Both the position numbers and the translations under genes were made by a program. Below are positions 21,408-30,674 of a stretch of 64,000 nucleotides of DNA, piece after piece. Within the stretch, counting starts at the first letter, position 1, and every line of letters begins with the position of its first letter. The DNA is from an uncultured delta proteobacterium (lineage in GTDB: Bacteria > Desulfobacterota > Binatia > Binatales > Binataceae), in the NCBI GenBank assembly GCA_963794325.1, contig CAWCDG010000003.1, positions 288,001 through 352,000 on the forward strand, read 5' to 3'. A model generated the notes under the pieces. That model was not told the origin of the DNA and did no database searches. It saw nothing but the letters and a program-made list of their open reading frames with translations.

Positions 21408-21483
21408 GGCGGCGTACCCAAGTGGTTAAGGGAGAGGTCTGCAAAACCTCCATGCATCGGTTCGAATCCGATCGCCGCCTCCA
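21408..21483 (+). tRNA. tRNA-Cys (GCA)
   Basis: Acceptor GGCGGCG/CGCCGCC, anticodon arm GAGGT-CTGCAAA-ACCTC, T-arm ATCGG-TTCGAAT-CCGAT, U73 and encoded CCA. Confidence 0.97.
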
Positions 21484-21524
21484 TCAAATCTCCAATAGTG
21501 AAAAGAAGCGCAGATTCCGGCCAA

Positions 21525-21601
21525 GTGGCACAGGCTTTAGCCTGTGGTCCTCAGCTCTGGATTGCATGGGCCAGAAAATCACAGGCTAAAGCCTGTGCCA
21601 C
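21525..21601. repeat. REP doublet (REPIN-like), family B, copy 1
   Basis: GTGGCACAGGCTTTAGCCTGTG and its exact reverse complement, 33 bp apart. Confidence 0.88.
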
Positions 21602-21787
21602 CAATCGCGGATCGCAGCCTTGACGCGCCAGTCACAACGAAGTAGTTGGTTAAGTTCTTCGGCCAGCTCTTCTTGATTCTCTCGGAACCAGCGATTCGCC
21701 GAAAAGGGTGGACGCGGTTGCGAGGCATTTCCTTCGCCGCCGCTTCATCGCATTCGTCAACAGTTACTAAACGGCAGGAGGCTCATT

Positions 21788-22105
21788 ATGGCAGCGGTAT
21801 CAAGCGTGTTGTTTCTCAAACCTCTACCCGGTCGTCTCGAAGCGCTGATGCGCGACATCACGAGGGCCGAAAAAATCATCAAGCGCGTGGGCGGGAGCGT
21901 CCGCGCGTATAACGAGGTGGCGGGCCCGAATGCGGGAACAATCGCCCTGGTCATCGAGCACAGCGACTGGAAGGACTACGGCAACTACATGGCGAAGATT
22001 GAGGCCGACAAGGACTGGCAGTCGTTCATCACCGAGATCAACTCGGCCAAGTCCCCGAACGCCGAGCGGGTCGCGACCGGGCTCAATGTCGAAGTGCCGA
22101 GCTGA
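21788..22105 (+). CDS. Hypothetical protein, NIPSNAP/dimeric alpha-beta barrel-like
   Basis: AGGAGG RBS; KPLPGR, DKDWQ; paralog of the next gene. Confidence 0.75.
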   Translation: MAAVSSVLFLKPLPGRLEALMRDITRAEKIIKRVGGSVRAYNEVAGPNAGTIALVIEHSDWKDYGNYMAKIEADKDWQSFITEINSAKSPNAERVATGLNVEVPS

Positions 22106-22153
22106 CGAGGAATCGTCGCGCAAAAAAACTTCATCAGGAATTGGGAGATAACT

Positions 22154-22471
22154 ATGGCTATCGCACAAGTCTTTACCTACACGCCGCGGCCCGGCGCTAC
22201 CGAGCAATTCATCGCTATCGCCAAGCGCGCGGACAAAATTATGAGAGGATTGGGCGCGACCACGCGCACACTCAGCGCAGTCGCGGGCGCAAATCCGAAT
22301 GCTTTCATCTACGTGATCGAAACGCCGAACTGGAAGGCGCACGGCGAACTGAGCACCAAGCTCCAGACCGACAAGGACTGGCAGAAGCTCATCGCGGAAG
22401 TGAGCTCGACTGACAAACCCACCGCGGACCTGATCTCATCGGCGGTTTACTCCGAAATCCCGCTCGGCTGA
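22154..22471 (+). CDS. Hypothetical protein, NIPSNAP/dimeric alpha-beta barrel-like
   Basis: GGGAG RBS; TPRPGA, DKDWQ; paralog of the previous gene. Confidence 0.75.
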   Translation: MAIAQVFTYTPRPGATEQFIAIAKRADKIMRGLGATTRTLSAVAGANPNAFIYVIETPNWKAHGELSTKLQTDKDWQKLIAEVSSTDKPTADLISSAVYSEIPLG

Positions 22472-22480
22472 TCGAATATC

Positions 22481-22506
22481 GCGGGAGGGGAACCGTCCCC
22501 TCCCGT
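22481..22506. terminator. Hairpin between convergent genes
   Basis: CGGGAGGGGA-ACCG-TCCCCTCCCG. Confidence 0.6.
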
Positions 22507-22507
22507 C

Positions 22508-23407
22508 TCAGAGTTTCGGATTGTTGCGCGAGTACTGCCGGAATTTCGCGACTAGTGGAAAGCCCGCAGGCGTGTCGATAATTTGCGCGATCTCGAAATC
22601 GATCACCCGCTCCGCGCCGGGGAAGGTGCGCACGCGCTCGGGACTCCAGTCGATCGATGCGCGACCGGTGAGCTGCAGGGTGCGGCCCGAATCGAAATCG
22701 ATGAACAGCAATCCGCAGTGCGGATTGACCGTGACGTTGCCGAGCGTGTTGAACATGCTGTTGCCGTTGTAGTCGGGGAATGCGATGCGGCGCGGGTCGA
22801 GTATCCGCACGAAGCCCGGATTGCCACCCTTATGCGAAACGTCGGCGCCACGCTCGGGATTGTCGGTCGCGATGAAGAATGTGTCGGCGCTGGATATCTG
22901 CTGCTGCTCCGATGCCGATAGCTTGGCGCTTATCGTTGCTTTCTGATCCGCTGGCGACGCCTGCCGATTGCCGACGAATATTCGCTCCTGCAAATAGCGC
23001 CGGCAGTTGCCGTAAACCTCGTCGGTGGTGATGGAGATTGCGCCGTTCTCGATGACCCCATGACCGTTGACGCGCACCCGGCGCGAGGAGACGAAGTCCG
23101 GCGCGAACAGCGCGACGTGACCTTGGGTTGCGAGATTGCTGGCCACCGGATCGCTGGACGCTATATGCGCCGCGATTTTGAGCGTGCGATCATCGACTGT
23201 CTCGATAAACCCGGGCTCGCCTGTCAGGACGGACGCCCAAACATTGGCGCGATTATCGACGGTGCCGAGCACCGCCATCTGCCGGCGTTCAAGAAAATCG
23301 CTCGCGCCCGGCGGAAGATGATTTGCGATTCCTTCCCCGACGTCCTCCGCAACGTCGCGGACGCCGGCCCGTTCCTGAACCGCAATTTCACCGCTGTGAA
23401 ATTTCAT
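22508..23407 (-). CDS. Two-domain pyridoxamine 5'-phosphate oxidase-family protein
   Basis: FHSGEIAVQERAG, GNCRRY, ADVSHKGGNPGFV, PDYNGNSMFNTLGN. Confidence 0.88.
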   Translation of the reverse strand: MKFHSGEIAVQERAGVRDVAEDVGEGIANHLPPGASDFLERRQMAVLGTVDNRANVWASVLTGEPGFIETVDDRTLKIAAHIASSDPVASNLATQGHVALFAPDFVSSRRVRVNGHGVIENGAISITTDEVYGNCRRYLQERIFVGNRQASPADQKATISAKLSASEQQQISSADTFFIATDNPERGADVSHKGGNPGFVRILDPRRIAFPDYNGNSMFNTLGNVTVNPHCGLLFIDFDSGRTLQLTGRASIDWSPERVRTFPGAERVIDFEIAQIIDTPAGFPLVAKFRQYSRNNPKL

Positions 23408-23413
23408 CGCGTG

Positions 23414-23884
23414 CTACCGCGCGGGCGCGCCGCCTGCTGCGCTGGGTTTCACTTGCAGCTTGACCAGGCATGGCGGTCCGTCCTCGCCGTAGCACAGGTT
23501 GCTTACTTCGCCGAGACTCGGATTGCGGTCGTCGTGCGTGTAGTCGGGACAGATCCAGTGACCGCTCTGGCGGTAGAGCGCTACCGCAAAATATCTGCCT
23601 GCAGTGAGATTGCCGGAAACCGGATCGCCGCTCGACGAGATCTCGCGAGAGTTGATGATATCGAATCCGTCGTGCGCCGCGTCGGGCGAGTACTGCATGA
23701 AGAAAATCCGCCATTGGCGGCCGGGGCGCGCCGTCACGTGATATTCCATCGAGCGATTATCCGAGAAGACCGGCTTGTCGCGGCACAGCCACGGCCGTGC
23801 CTCCTGCGCAAACGCGGAACTAGCGGCCAGCATCGCGATTGCCGCCGCGATCGAAAAGCATGTAGCAGGTTTCAAAATCGTCAT
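23414..23884 (-). CDS. Secreted hypothetical protein
   Basis: Signal peptide MTILK...SSAFA-Q; ATG overlaps the mutase stop (ATGA). Confidence 0.7.
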   Translation of the reverse strand: MTILKPATCFSIAAAIAMLAASSAFAQEARPWLCRDKPVFSDNRSMEYHVTARPGRQWRIFFMQYSPDAAHDGFDIINSREISSSGDPVSGNLTAGRYFAVALYRQSGHWICPDYTHDDRNPSLGEVSNLCYGEDGPPCLVKLQVKPSAAGGAPAR

Positions 23885-25821
23885 GAGTGCTCCCGGCCTG
23901 CAATTGCGATAATGCGCCCGACGATCTCGCCGAGGTTGGAATCTTTGGGCGTGAAGACCGCTTTCACGCCGAGCTTGGTCAGCGCGATGCGGTCGGCCTC
24001 GGGGATTATTCCGCCCATCACCAGCGCTACGTCGGTGGCGCCGCGGCTCTTCAGCAGATCGAGCGTCTCGCGCGCGATCGACATGTGCGCGCCCGCGAGG
24101 CTCGAAATCGCGAGCACGTCGACGTCTTCCTCGAGTGCCGTCGCAACCATCTGCTCGGGCGTTTGCTTGAATCCCGCGAGCACTACTTCCATCCCGGATT
24201 GCATGCACGCGTGCGCGAGCAGCTTGATTGCATTGATATGCCCGTCGAGGCCCGCCTTGCCGAGCGCGATGCGAATTTTGCGTTTCGATGACACGTGCGG
24301 CACGTTGAGCGCGCCGACCGCGACGCTGGTTTCGAGAATCGGCGGCGTGTAGCGGCCGCGGCTGACGCGCACCAGCGAATCGGTCCATTCGCCGACGGTG
24401 CCGCCGGCGCGCGCGAGATCGATAGTCGCCTCGATGAGTCCGCGGTCGCCATCATTCGCGGCGGCGCCTTCGAGCGCCTCGCGAGCTTTTGCCACACTGG
24501 ATTGGTCGCGCGACGCGCGCCATTTTTCAATCGAGTCGATACGCTCTTTCTCTTTCGACGCTTGTGCTGTGTGATTCGAACTTTGTTTCGACGGAGGCGT
24601 GAGGCCTATTTTGCCGGTGAATGCGTTGACGCCGATTTGCACGATCTCGCCCGTCTCGACTTTGCGATGCCGCTCGGCAAGTTGGCGCGTCAGCTCGCCG
24701 CTTACGATTGCAATCGCGCGCGAGTACCCGGCCTCGCGCAGGCGCATCGCGATCTCACGTGCGCGCCGCGCGGTTTCGTCGGTGAGCTTCTCGATAACTT
24801 TGCTGCCTTCGAAAATGTCGCCGTAGGCCGCGAGCCCCGTCTCATGCATCAGGACTTGCTGCGTGCGGAGGCTCATCGTCTGCTCGGACTGGTCGGGCAA
24901 TGCGAGCGCCTCGCGAAAGCCGGGCAACTGAAGTGCGTTGACGCGCGCGTCGGCCGAAATGACTACGGGCAGCGCCTCGTACGCGATGCGGATGATATTC
25001 ACTTCGGGCTGCGGCTCGGTGAGCGTGAGCGACCGCACCTGGCATCCGGCGCGGAATGCGACGTCCTTGACGCCGTACTCAGTCGCGCATAGCTCGCGCC
25101 ATAATTTGAAGTACGCGCGAATCTTGCAAATCTCCGGGACCAGCTCGATACCGCTATTGATGAAAAATGAAATGCGGCGGACAGTCTGCTCGAACGCGGC
25201 GGCGTCGAGCTTCGGACGAATCGCGTCGAGAATCAGCAGCGCGTTGCCGAACGCGTACCCGATTTCCTCGGCGGGACCGGCGCCGCTTTCCATGTAGTGG
25301 TAGCCGCAGCAGTTGATCGGGTTCCAATTGGGTACGCGCTCGACCGCGAATCGAATCAGCTCGGTGGAAAGCCGGAACGACAGCTCAGGATGAAAAATCG
25401 AGGTGCCGCGCGCGACGAATTCCTTGAGGAGATCGTTCTGCGTCGTGCCGCGCAATTCGGTCCATGGCACGCCGTGCTTTTCCGCGACGACCAGGTAGAG
25501 CGCAAGCAGGAACGGCGCAGTCGCGTTGATCGTCATCGAGGTGTTAATCGACTGAAGCGGGATTCCTTCGAACAGCCGCTCCATATCCTGCCAGTGACAG
25601 ATCGAGACGCCCGCTTCGCCGACCTCGCCGCGCGCAACTGGAGCGTCGGGGTCGTAGCCGTTCTGGGTCGGCAGGTCGAACGCGATCGAAAGCCCGCGCT
25701 GGCCCTGCTTCAGATTCGCGAGGAAGCGCTCGTTGGCCTCGCGCGCATCGCCGAACCCGGCGTAGGTGCGGATGATCCACGGCTCGCGAGGTGGGCGAGC
25801 TTTCTTTTCAGTATCTGGCAT
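23881..25821 (-). CDS. B12-dependent acyl-CoA mutase, ethylmalonyl-CoA mutase (Ecm/MeaA)-like
   Basis: PWIIRTYAG, AFDLPTQ.GYD, SMTINA, GTTQND, fused B12 domain GLDGH...SSLAGAH...GGIIP. Confidence 0.85.
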   Translation of the reverse strand: MPDTEKKARPPREPWIIRTYAGFGDAREANERFLANLKQGQRGLSIAFDLPTQNGYDPDAPVARGEVGEAGVSICHWQDMERLFEGIPLQSINTSMTINATAPFLLALYLVVAEKHGVPWTELRGTTQNDLLKEFVARGTSIFHPELSFRLSTELIRFAVERVPNWNPINCCGYHYMESGAGPAEEIGYAFGNALLILDAIRPKLDAAAFEQTVRRISFFINSGIELVPEICKIRAYFKLWRELCATEYGVKDVAFRAGCQVRSLTLTEPQPEVNIIRIAYEALPVVISADARVNALQLPGFREALALPDQSEQTMSLRTQQVLMHETGLAAYGDIFEGSKVIEKLTDETARRAREIAMRLREAGYSRAIAIVSGELTRQLAERHRKVETGEIVQIGVNAFTGKIGLTPPSKQSSNHTAQASKEKERIDSIEKWRASRDQSSVAKAREALEGAAANDGDRGLIEATIDLARAGGTVGEWTDSLVRVSRGRYTPPILETSVAVGALNVPHVSSKRKIRIALGKAGLDGHINAIKLLAHACMQSGMEVVLAGFKQTPEQMVATALEEDVDVLAISSLAGAHMSIARETLDLLKSRGATDVALVMGGIIPEADRIALTKLGVKAVFTPKDSNLGEIVGRIIAIAGREHS

Positions 25822-25864
25822 GGACACAAGGTTAGTTATCGAGGCATCGGGATTCCAGCCAACT

Positions 25865-26266
25865 TCATCCGCGTTTCTCAAGCGGTTCGGTGCGTATCTC
25901 AACCCAGGGAAATCGGCGGCTCTCATGGTAGACGGACACGGATGGCGGCGGAAAAGTGAGGTCCGCGAAATTGCCTGCTGAGACAGCTACGACGCCGGGG
26001 ATCTGGTCGATGCTCCACAACACCGTGCAGCCGCACTTCGGGCAAAAGCTGTTGGTGATGTGGCTGCCGTCGTCGCCGACCCGAACGAATTTCATCACCT
26101 TCCCCTCAGTCTTGACGTCGTTCTCGCGAAACCAGGCGCCAAAGCCGAATGCGCTGCCGGTTTTCCGCTTGCAAGCCAGGCAGTGACATACGGCTATGCG
26201 AACAGGCTCTCCTGAGCACGTGGCCGACAACTGGCCGCACGAACATTCTGCTCGACGAGTGATCAT
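25865..26266 (-). CDS. GFA/CENP-V family Zn protein
   Basis: CSCG, CHCLACK, FCPKCG. Confidence 0.9.
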   Translation of the reverse strand: MITRRAECSCGQLSATCSGEPVRIAVCHCLACKRKTGSAFGFGAWFRENDVKTEGKVMKFVRVGDDGSHITNSFCPKCGCTVLWSIDQIPGVVAVSAGNFADLTFPPPSVSVYHESRRFPWVEIRTEPLEKRG

Positions 26267-26331
26267 CGTTGGCTCCTGTGGGTCCTATGGCGCTCCCGGG
26301 AAAAGCGAACTTATATCATATGCTGCGGAGA

Positions 26332-27288
26332 TCACCGTCGATGTGCCGCTCGAGGTGCAGACTCATCTTCGCGATGGCGGGCCAGGTCGGCGGCCATGCG
26401 ATCGATCAGCTCGATTCCCGCGATGCCGCTGTGTTCCGGAATCTCGAGCACCGGGCCTCCGGTCTCAGCGCGGATTTTTGCGATGGCCTTGCGCGCTTCG
26501 GTCGCGCGACTCAGCTCGGACTTCGCCAGCTCGGCGAGATGCTCGAGGTCTTTTTTGCGGATGTGAGCGGCGCGGCGATTGGTCAGCGCCGCGATGTCGT
26601 TCGCGTCGAATTCAAATGGCGGCATCCGGTTGAAAATCACGGCGGCCGGCGCGAGATCGATGTCGCTTAGCTGTGCGTGAGTCTCGATAGTTTCGGAAAT
26701 CGAGAGACTGTCGGCGGTGGTGACCTGGACGATTGCGCAATTGCGGCGGTCACGCAGCTTTTTCGAAATGTTGCCCGCCTCTTTTCCGACCACGCTATCG
26801 CCGAACGTCGCGCGCGCCGCGGTCGGCATCTTGAGCAGGCTTAGCGCCTGGCCGCTGGCCGGCGCATCGACGACTATCACGCGACGCGGCAGCTTGGCAT
26901 CGGTTTGGCCGGCATCGAAGAAAACTTTTCCGAGCATCATCAGTTCGCGCAGACCGGGCGCGGCTTGAACGAAGAATTGATAGAGGCGGCTGGCGAACAC
27001 CGCCTTTAACAGCATTCGGCCCGGCACCACCAGGCGAAGATATTCTTCGAGCGCGGCGCGTCCGTCGAGTGTCAGCAGCTCGAGATTATGCGCAACTTGC
27101 GTCGGCGTGAATGAGGGATCGACGCCGAAGGTCGCGGCCAGCGGGGCGCGCCCGTCGCATTCCATGATTAGCGCGTGAGCGTCGGAGAGGGTAGCGATTT
27201 TTGCGAGCGCGGCGCTGACGGTAGATTTTCCGACGCCACCCTTGCCGAGCACGATCAGTACGCGGCGGGCAAGGATTTCGTTCAGCAT
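26332..27288 (-). CDS. ArsA/Get3-family P-loop ATPase
   Basis: GKGGVGKS, AAPGLREL, VVDAPASG. Confidence 0.85.
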   Translation of the reverse strand: MLNEILARRVLIVLGKGGVGKSTVSAALAKIATLSDAHALIMECDGRAPLAATFGVDPSFTPTQVAHNLELLTLDGRAALEEYLRLVVPGRMLLKAVFASRLYQFFVQAAPGLRELMMLGKVFFDAGQTDAKLPRRVIVVDAPASGQALSLLKMPTAARATFGDSVVGKEAGNISKKLRDRRNCAIVQVTTADSLSISETIETHAQLSDIDLAPAAVIFNRMPPFEFDANDIAALTNRRAAHIRKKDLEHLAELAKSELSRATEARKAIAKIRAETGGPVLEIPEHSGIAGIELIDRMAADLARHREDESAPRAAHRR

Positions 27289-27333
27289 TTGTGTGAAGGG
27301 GTTGAGCGGAGATTGAGAAATATGCGGTGATTG

Positions 27334-27374
27334 GCGACCTAACCCCTAACCCCTTCCCATGGTGGGAAGGGGGA
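27334..27374. repeat. Dispersed palindromic repeat family A, copy 2
   Basis: GCGACCTAACCCCTAACCCCTTCCCA-TGG-TGGGAAGGGG. Confidence 0.85.
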
Positions 27375-27393
27375 CCGGATCAAAAAAAATGGC

Positions 27394-28371
27394 TTACCAG
27401 CGGACCAGGTTTGCGCCCCAGGTCAGGCCGCCGCCGCAGGCGTTCAGCATTACGAGGCTGTTGTCGCGGATGCGGCCTTGCTCGACGGCTTCGTCGAGCG
27501 CGATCGGCACCGACGCTGCCGAAGTGTTGCCGTAGCGCTCGATATTCGTGAAGACTTTTTCCGGCGGCATCCCGAGCCGCTCCGCAACCGCCGAAATAAT
27601 TCGCATGTTCGCCTGATGCGGCACGAACAGATCGATCTCCTCGAGTTTCACACCGGCGCGGTCCGCGACCTGGCGGCTGACCTCTTCCATGCTCTTGACC
27701 GCGATCTTGAAAAGCTCGGGGCCCTTCATCTGGATCGCGTCGTCGGGCGAGCGCCGCACTTCCGAATCGATCGTGCTGCGGGTTCCGGTCGCTCGAACGG
27801 ACAGTAGATTCCAATGCTCGCCGGCTGAGCGGAGCAAGCTGGACAGGACGCCGCGATTGTTCGGTTCGGTGACCATCACGCACGCGCCCGCACCGTCGCC
27901 GAACAGGACGGCAGTCCGCCGATCATTCCAATCGACCATCGTCGAGAGTGCGTCGGCCCCGACTACCAGCACGCGCTTGAAATCGCCGGCGCGCATTTGT
28001 GCGTCCGCGACCTGAAGCGCATACACGAAACCGGAGCATGCGGCGGCGACGTCGAAGGCGGGGATCGACGAGATGCCCAAGCCGTACTGAATCTGGCATG
28101 CGAAGGACGGGAAGCCGTACTCCGAGGACACGGTGCCGACGATGATCGCGTCGAGATCTGCGGGCTTGATGCCCGCGCGATCGAGCGCAACCCGGCTCGC
28201 CTCGGTCGCGATTTGCGCGAGCGACTCGCCCTGGCGCATCGCGTAACGCGCGCCGATGCCGGTGCGCGAACGGATCCATTCGTCGGACGTGTTCATGTAC
28301 CGCTCGAGATCTTTATTCGTCAGGGCGGTGCGCGGTACGGCCCGTCCGGTGGCGACAATTCTTGAGCCCAT
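27394..28371 (-). CDS. fabH: 3-oxoacyl-ACP synthase III
   Basis: AACSGF, LFGDGAGA, PHQAN, YGNTSAAS. Confidence 0.95.
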   Translation of the reverse strand: MGSRIVATGRAVPRTALTNKDLERYMNTSDEWIRSRTGIGARYAMRQGESLAQIATEASRVALDRAGIKPADLDAIIVGTVSSEYGFPSFACQIQYGLGISSIPAFDVAAACSGFVYALQVADAQMRAGDFKRVLVVGADALSTMVDWNDRRTAVLFGDGAGACVMVTEPNNRGVLSSLLRSAGEHWNLLSVRATGTRSTIDSEVRRSPDDAIQMKGPELFKIAVKSMEEVSRQVADRAGVKLEEIDLFVPHQANMRIISAVAERLGMPPEKVFTNIERYGNTSAASVPIALDEAVEQGRIRDNSLVMLNACGGGLTWGANLVRW

Positions 28372-28391
28372 GCTGAAACCGGCTGCTCTGG

Positions 28392-29639
28392 TTAGGCGGG
28401 CCTGAAGGCCAGCGTCGTGTTGGTGCCACCGAACCCGAATGAATTATTGAGCGCGATTCGAATCTTCGCGGGGCGCGGCTTGTTGGGCACATAATCGAGA
28501 TCGCATAGAGGGTCGGGAACTTCCTGGTTGATAGTCGGCGGCATCATCCCGCGCTCGATCGCGAGCACCGTGTACACCGACTCGATTGCGCCGGCCGCGC
28601 CGAGCGTATGCCCGGTCATCGACTTGGTCGAACTGATCGCGAGTTTCGCGGCGCGCTCGCCAAAGACGTGCTTCACCGCTTGAGTCTCGGCGAGGTCACC
28701 TTGCTCGGTCGAGGTGCCGTGCGCGTTGATGTAATCGACTTCGTTGGGATCGAGATCGCTGTCCTCGAGGCACATGTGCATGCATTTGGCGGCGCCGCGT
28801 CCATTCGGGGCGGGTGACGTGATGTGGTAGGCGTCGCTGTTTGCGGCGTAACCGCAGATCTCGGCAAGGATCTTCGCGCCGCGTTTGATTGCGGCGTCGC
28901 GCTCCTCGAGGATCAGCGCGGCCGAGCCCTCCGACATCACGAATCCATCGCGCTCCTTGTCGAACGGGCGGCTGGCTTTCGCCGGCTCCTCGTTGCGGGT
29001 CGAGAGCGCACGCATCGCGACGAATCCGCCGACGCCGAGCGACGTGATTGCGGCTTCGGAGCCGCCGGTGATCGCCGCGTCGAGGTAGCCGAGCCGGATC
29101 ATCCTGTATGCTTCGCCGATCGCATGACTGCCCGACGCGCACGCACTGGTGGTCGCGAGATTGGCGCCGCGCGCGCCGTAGCGAATCGAGATCTGGCCGG
29201 GCGCCAGGTTGCTTATCAGCTTGGGAATGAAGAACGGCGTGACGTGACGCAGGCCGGTCTCCATGAAGACCTTGTGGTATTCCTCGATCGTGCACAGACC
29301 GCCGATGCCGACGCCGACCAGTACACCGACGTTGTCAGCGTTCTCTTCGGTGATCTTCAACCCCGACTGGCGCATCGCCTGTTCGGCCGACGCGACCGCA
29401 TACTGGATGAACGGGTCCATCTTTTTGATGTCGCGTTTTTCGATCCAGTCCTCGGGATTAAAGTCCCGAACCTCGCCGGCGATGCGCGCGGGGAAATCCG
29501 ACGCGTCGAAGCGGGTAATCAGCCCGATACCAGACCGCCCCGCCATCAGGGCGTCCCAGTTTTTTTCCACTCCAACTCCGAGCGGCGTTACCAGTCCAAC
29601 TCCGGTGACGACCACGCGGCGCTCAAGCATTCGTCTCAT
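28392..29639 (-). CDS. fabF: 3-oxoacyl-ACP synthase II
   Basis: SACASG, INAHGTST, KSMTGHTLGAAG, NSFGFGGTN. Confidence 0.95.
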   Translation of the reverse strand: MRRMLERRVVVTGVGLVTPLGVGVEKNWDALMAGRSGIGLITRFDASDFPARIAGEVRDFNPEDWIEKRDIKKMDPFIQYAVASAEQAMRQSGLKITEENADNVGVLVGVGIGGLCTIEEYHKVFMETGLRHVTPFFIPKLISNLAPGQISIRYGARGANLATTSACASGSHAIGEAYRMIRLGYLDAAITGGSEAAITSLGVGGFVAMRALSTRNEEPAKASRPFDKERDGFVMSEGSAALILEERDAAIKRGAKILAEICGYAANSDAYHITSPAPNGRGAAKCMHMCLEDSDLDPNEVDYINAHGTSTEQGDLAETQAVKHVFGERAAKLAISSTKSMTGHTLGAAGAIESVYTVLAIERGMMPPTINQEVPDPLCDLDYVPNKPRPAKIRIALNNSFGFGGTNTTLAFRPA

Positions 29640-29827
29640 CAGGGCCCCTCATCCTCCATCTAGTTCAACCTTAATCATCTATCAAAAAGCTCCGCTGGTC
29701 GAGAATGTGCCCCATCTCGTCGGGGCAGGGCAGTGAGATGTATCGACAGCTTGCGATGGGCGCAAAGTTGGGCTATCGGTACCTTTACTTATTGAGATTC
29801 AGACTCAGCGTAAAGGAGTACCAGCAG

Positions 29828-30592
29828 GTGCGTTCCAGCCGTCGCTGCCATGATGGGTTAATTCGCGCGGGAGTGTTTCTAATTGCCGTCTGCGTGATCG
29901 CCGGGCCGCGCACGGTCCGAGCGCAGAGCAGCGCCGGGACCATCTCCAGCGCAAGCGGCGGAGTTCAGATCGAGCGCGGCGGCACCGTGATGCCAGCGAA
30001 ACCGGGTACGCCGATCAACCGGGGAGACCGGATTGCTTCCGGCGTCGAAGGCGTCGCCGTCATAAACCTGAGTGACGGGAGTCAACTCGAACTCCAACCT
30101 TCAACCGATATCACGCTTGACCAATACGGCGGTGGCGGCCCCACGCCGACCCGGATCAGCCTGGCTTCCGGCATAGTTAAATCGGCTGTGAAGAGGACCA
30201 GCGGTACTCCCGCCAACTACCAGGTGCATACGCCCAACGCGATCGTGACCGCGCGCGGCACCGCCTTTTACACCTCCTACACCGACAGCTCGCCTCAAAC
30301 CGGCAAACTCCCCGGAATTTCCCATTACACCGAGGTGGCCGTGATCGAAGGCAGCGTCAATCTCGCACAGGCTGCCGTGCCCAATCGCGGCGTCGAGGTG
30401 GCGCAGGGAACGACAGGAACGGTGGCGGGTGGTGATCCGCCCCAGGATCACAAACGAAAATTTCCGACTTGCTCCGCGCCTCCTACGTCAGCCGATCAGT
30501 GCAAAAACGGCGGCTGGCGGAATTTCCCTTGCGGCTTCAAGAACCAGGGCCAGTGTATCAGCTACGTCAATCACGCAAATCACGGGAACTGA
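29828..30592 (+). CDS. Secreted FecR-domain protein with C-terminal Cys-rich motif
   Basis: GDRI, LSDGSQLEL, VHTPNAIVTARGT, VAVIEGSV; GTG start chosen from AAGGAG RBS. Confidence 0.75.
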   Translation: MRSSRRCHDGLIRAGVFLIAVCVIAGPRTVRAQSSAGTISSASGGVQIERGGTVMPAKPGTPINRGDRIASGVEGVAVINLSDGSQLELQPSTDITLDQYGGGGPTPTRISLASGIVKSAVKRTSGTPANYQVHTPNAIVTARGTAFYTSYTDSSPQTGKLPGISHYTEVAVIEGSVNLAQAAVPNRGVEVAQGTTGTVAGGDPPQDHKRKFPTCSAPPTSADQCKNGGWRNFPCGFKNQGQCISYVNHANHGN

Positions 30593-30674
30593 TCTGCCAG
30601 GGAACCTTCAGTAGTAGAATCTTCTGCCGGTGAAATAGGCGAAACCGACACTGGTCGTAGAGGAATAATCGCCG

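Noticed and set aside
8994-21483. tRNA fragment at 8994 as an att partner of the tRNA-Cys at 21408
   Set aside because: The T-arms are similar but the acceptor strands differ (CACCCGC vs CGCCGCC), and the fragment lies upstream of the tRNA
25822-25864. Cobalamin riboswitch before the B12 mutase
   Set aside because: Only 43 bp separate it from the upstream gene
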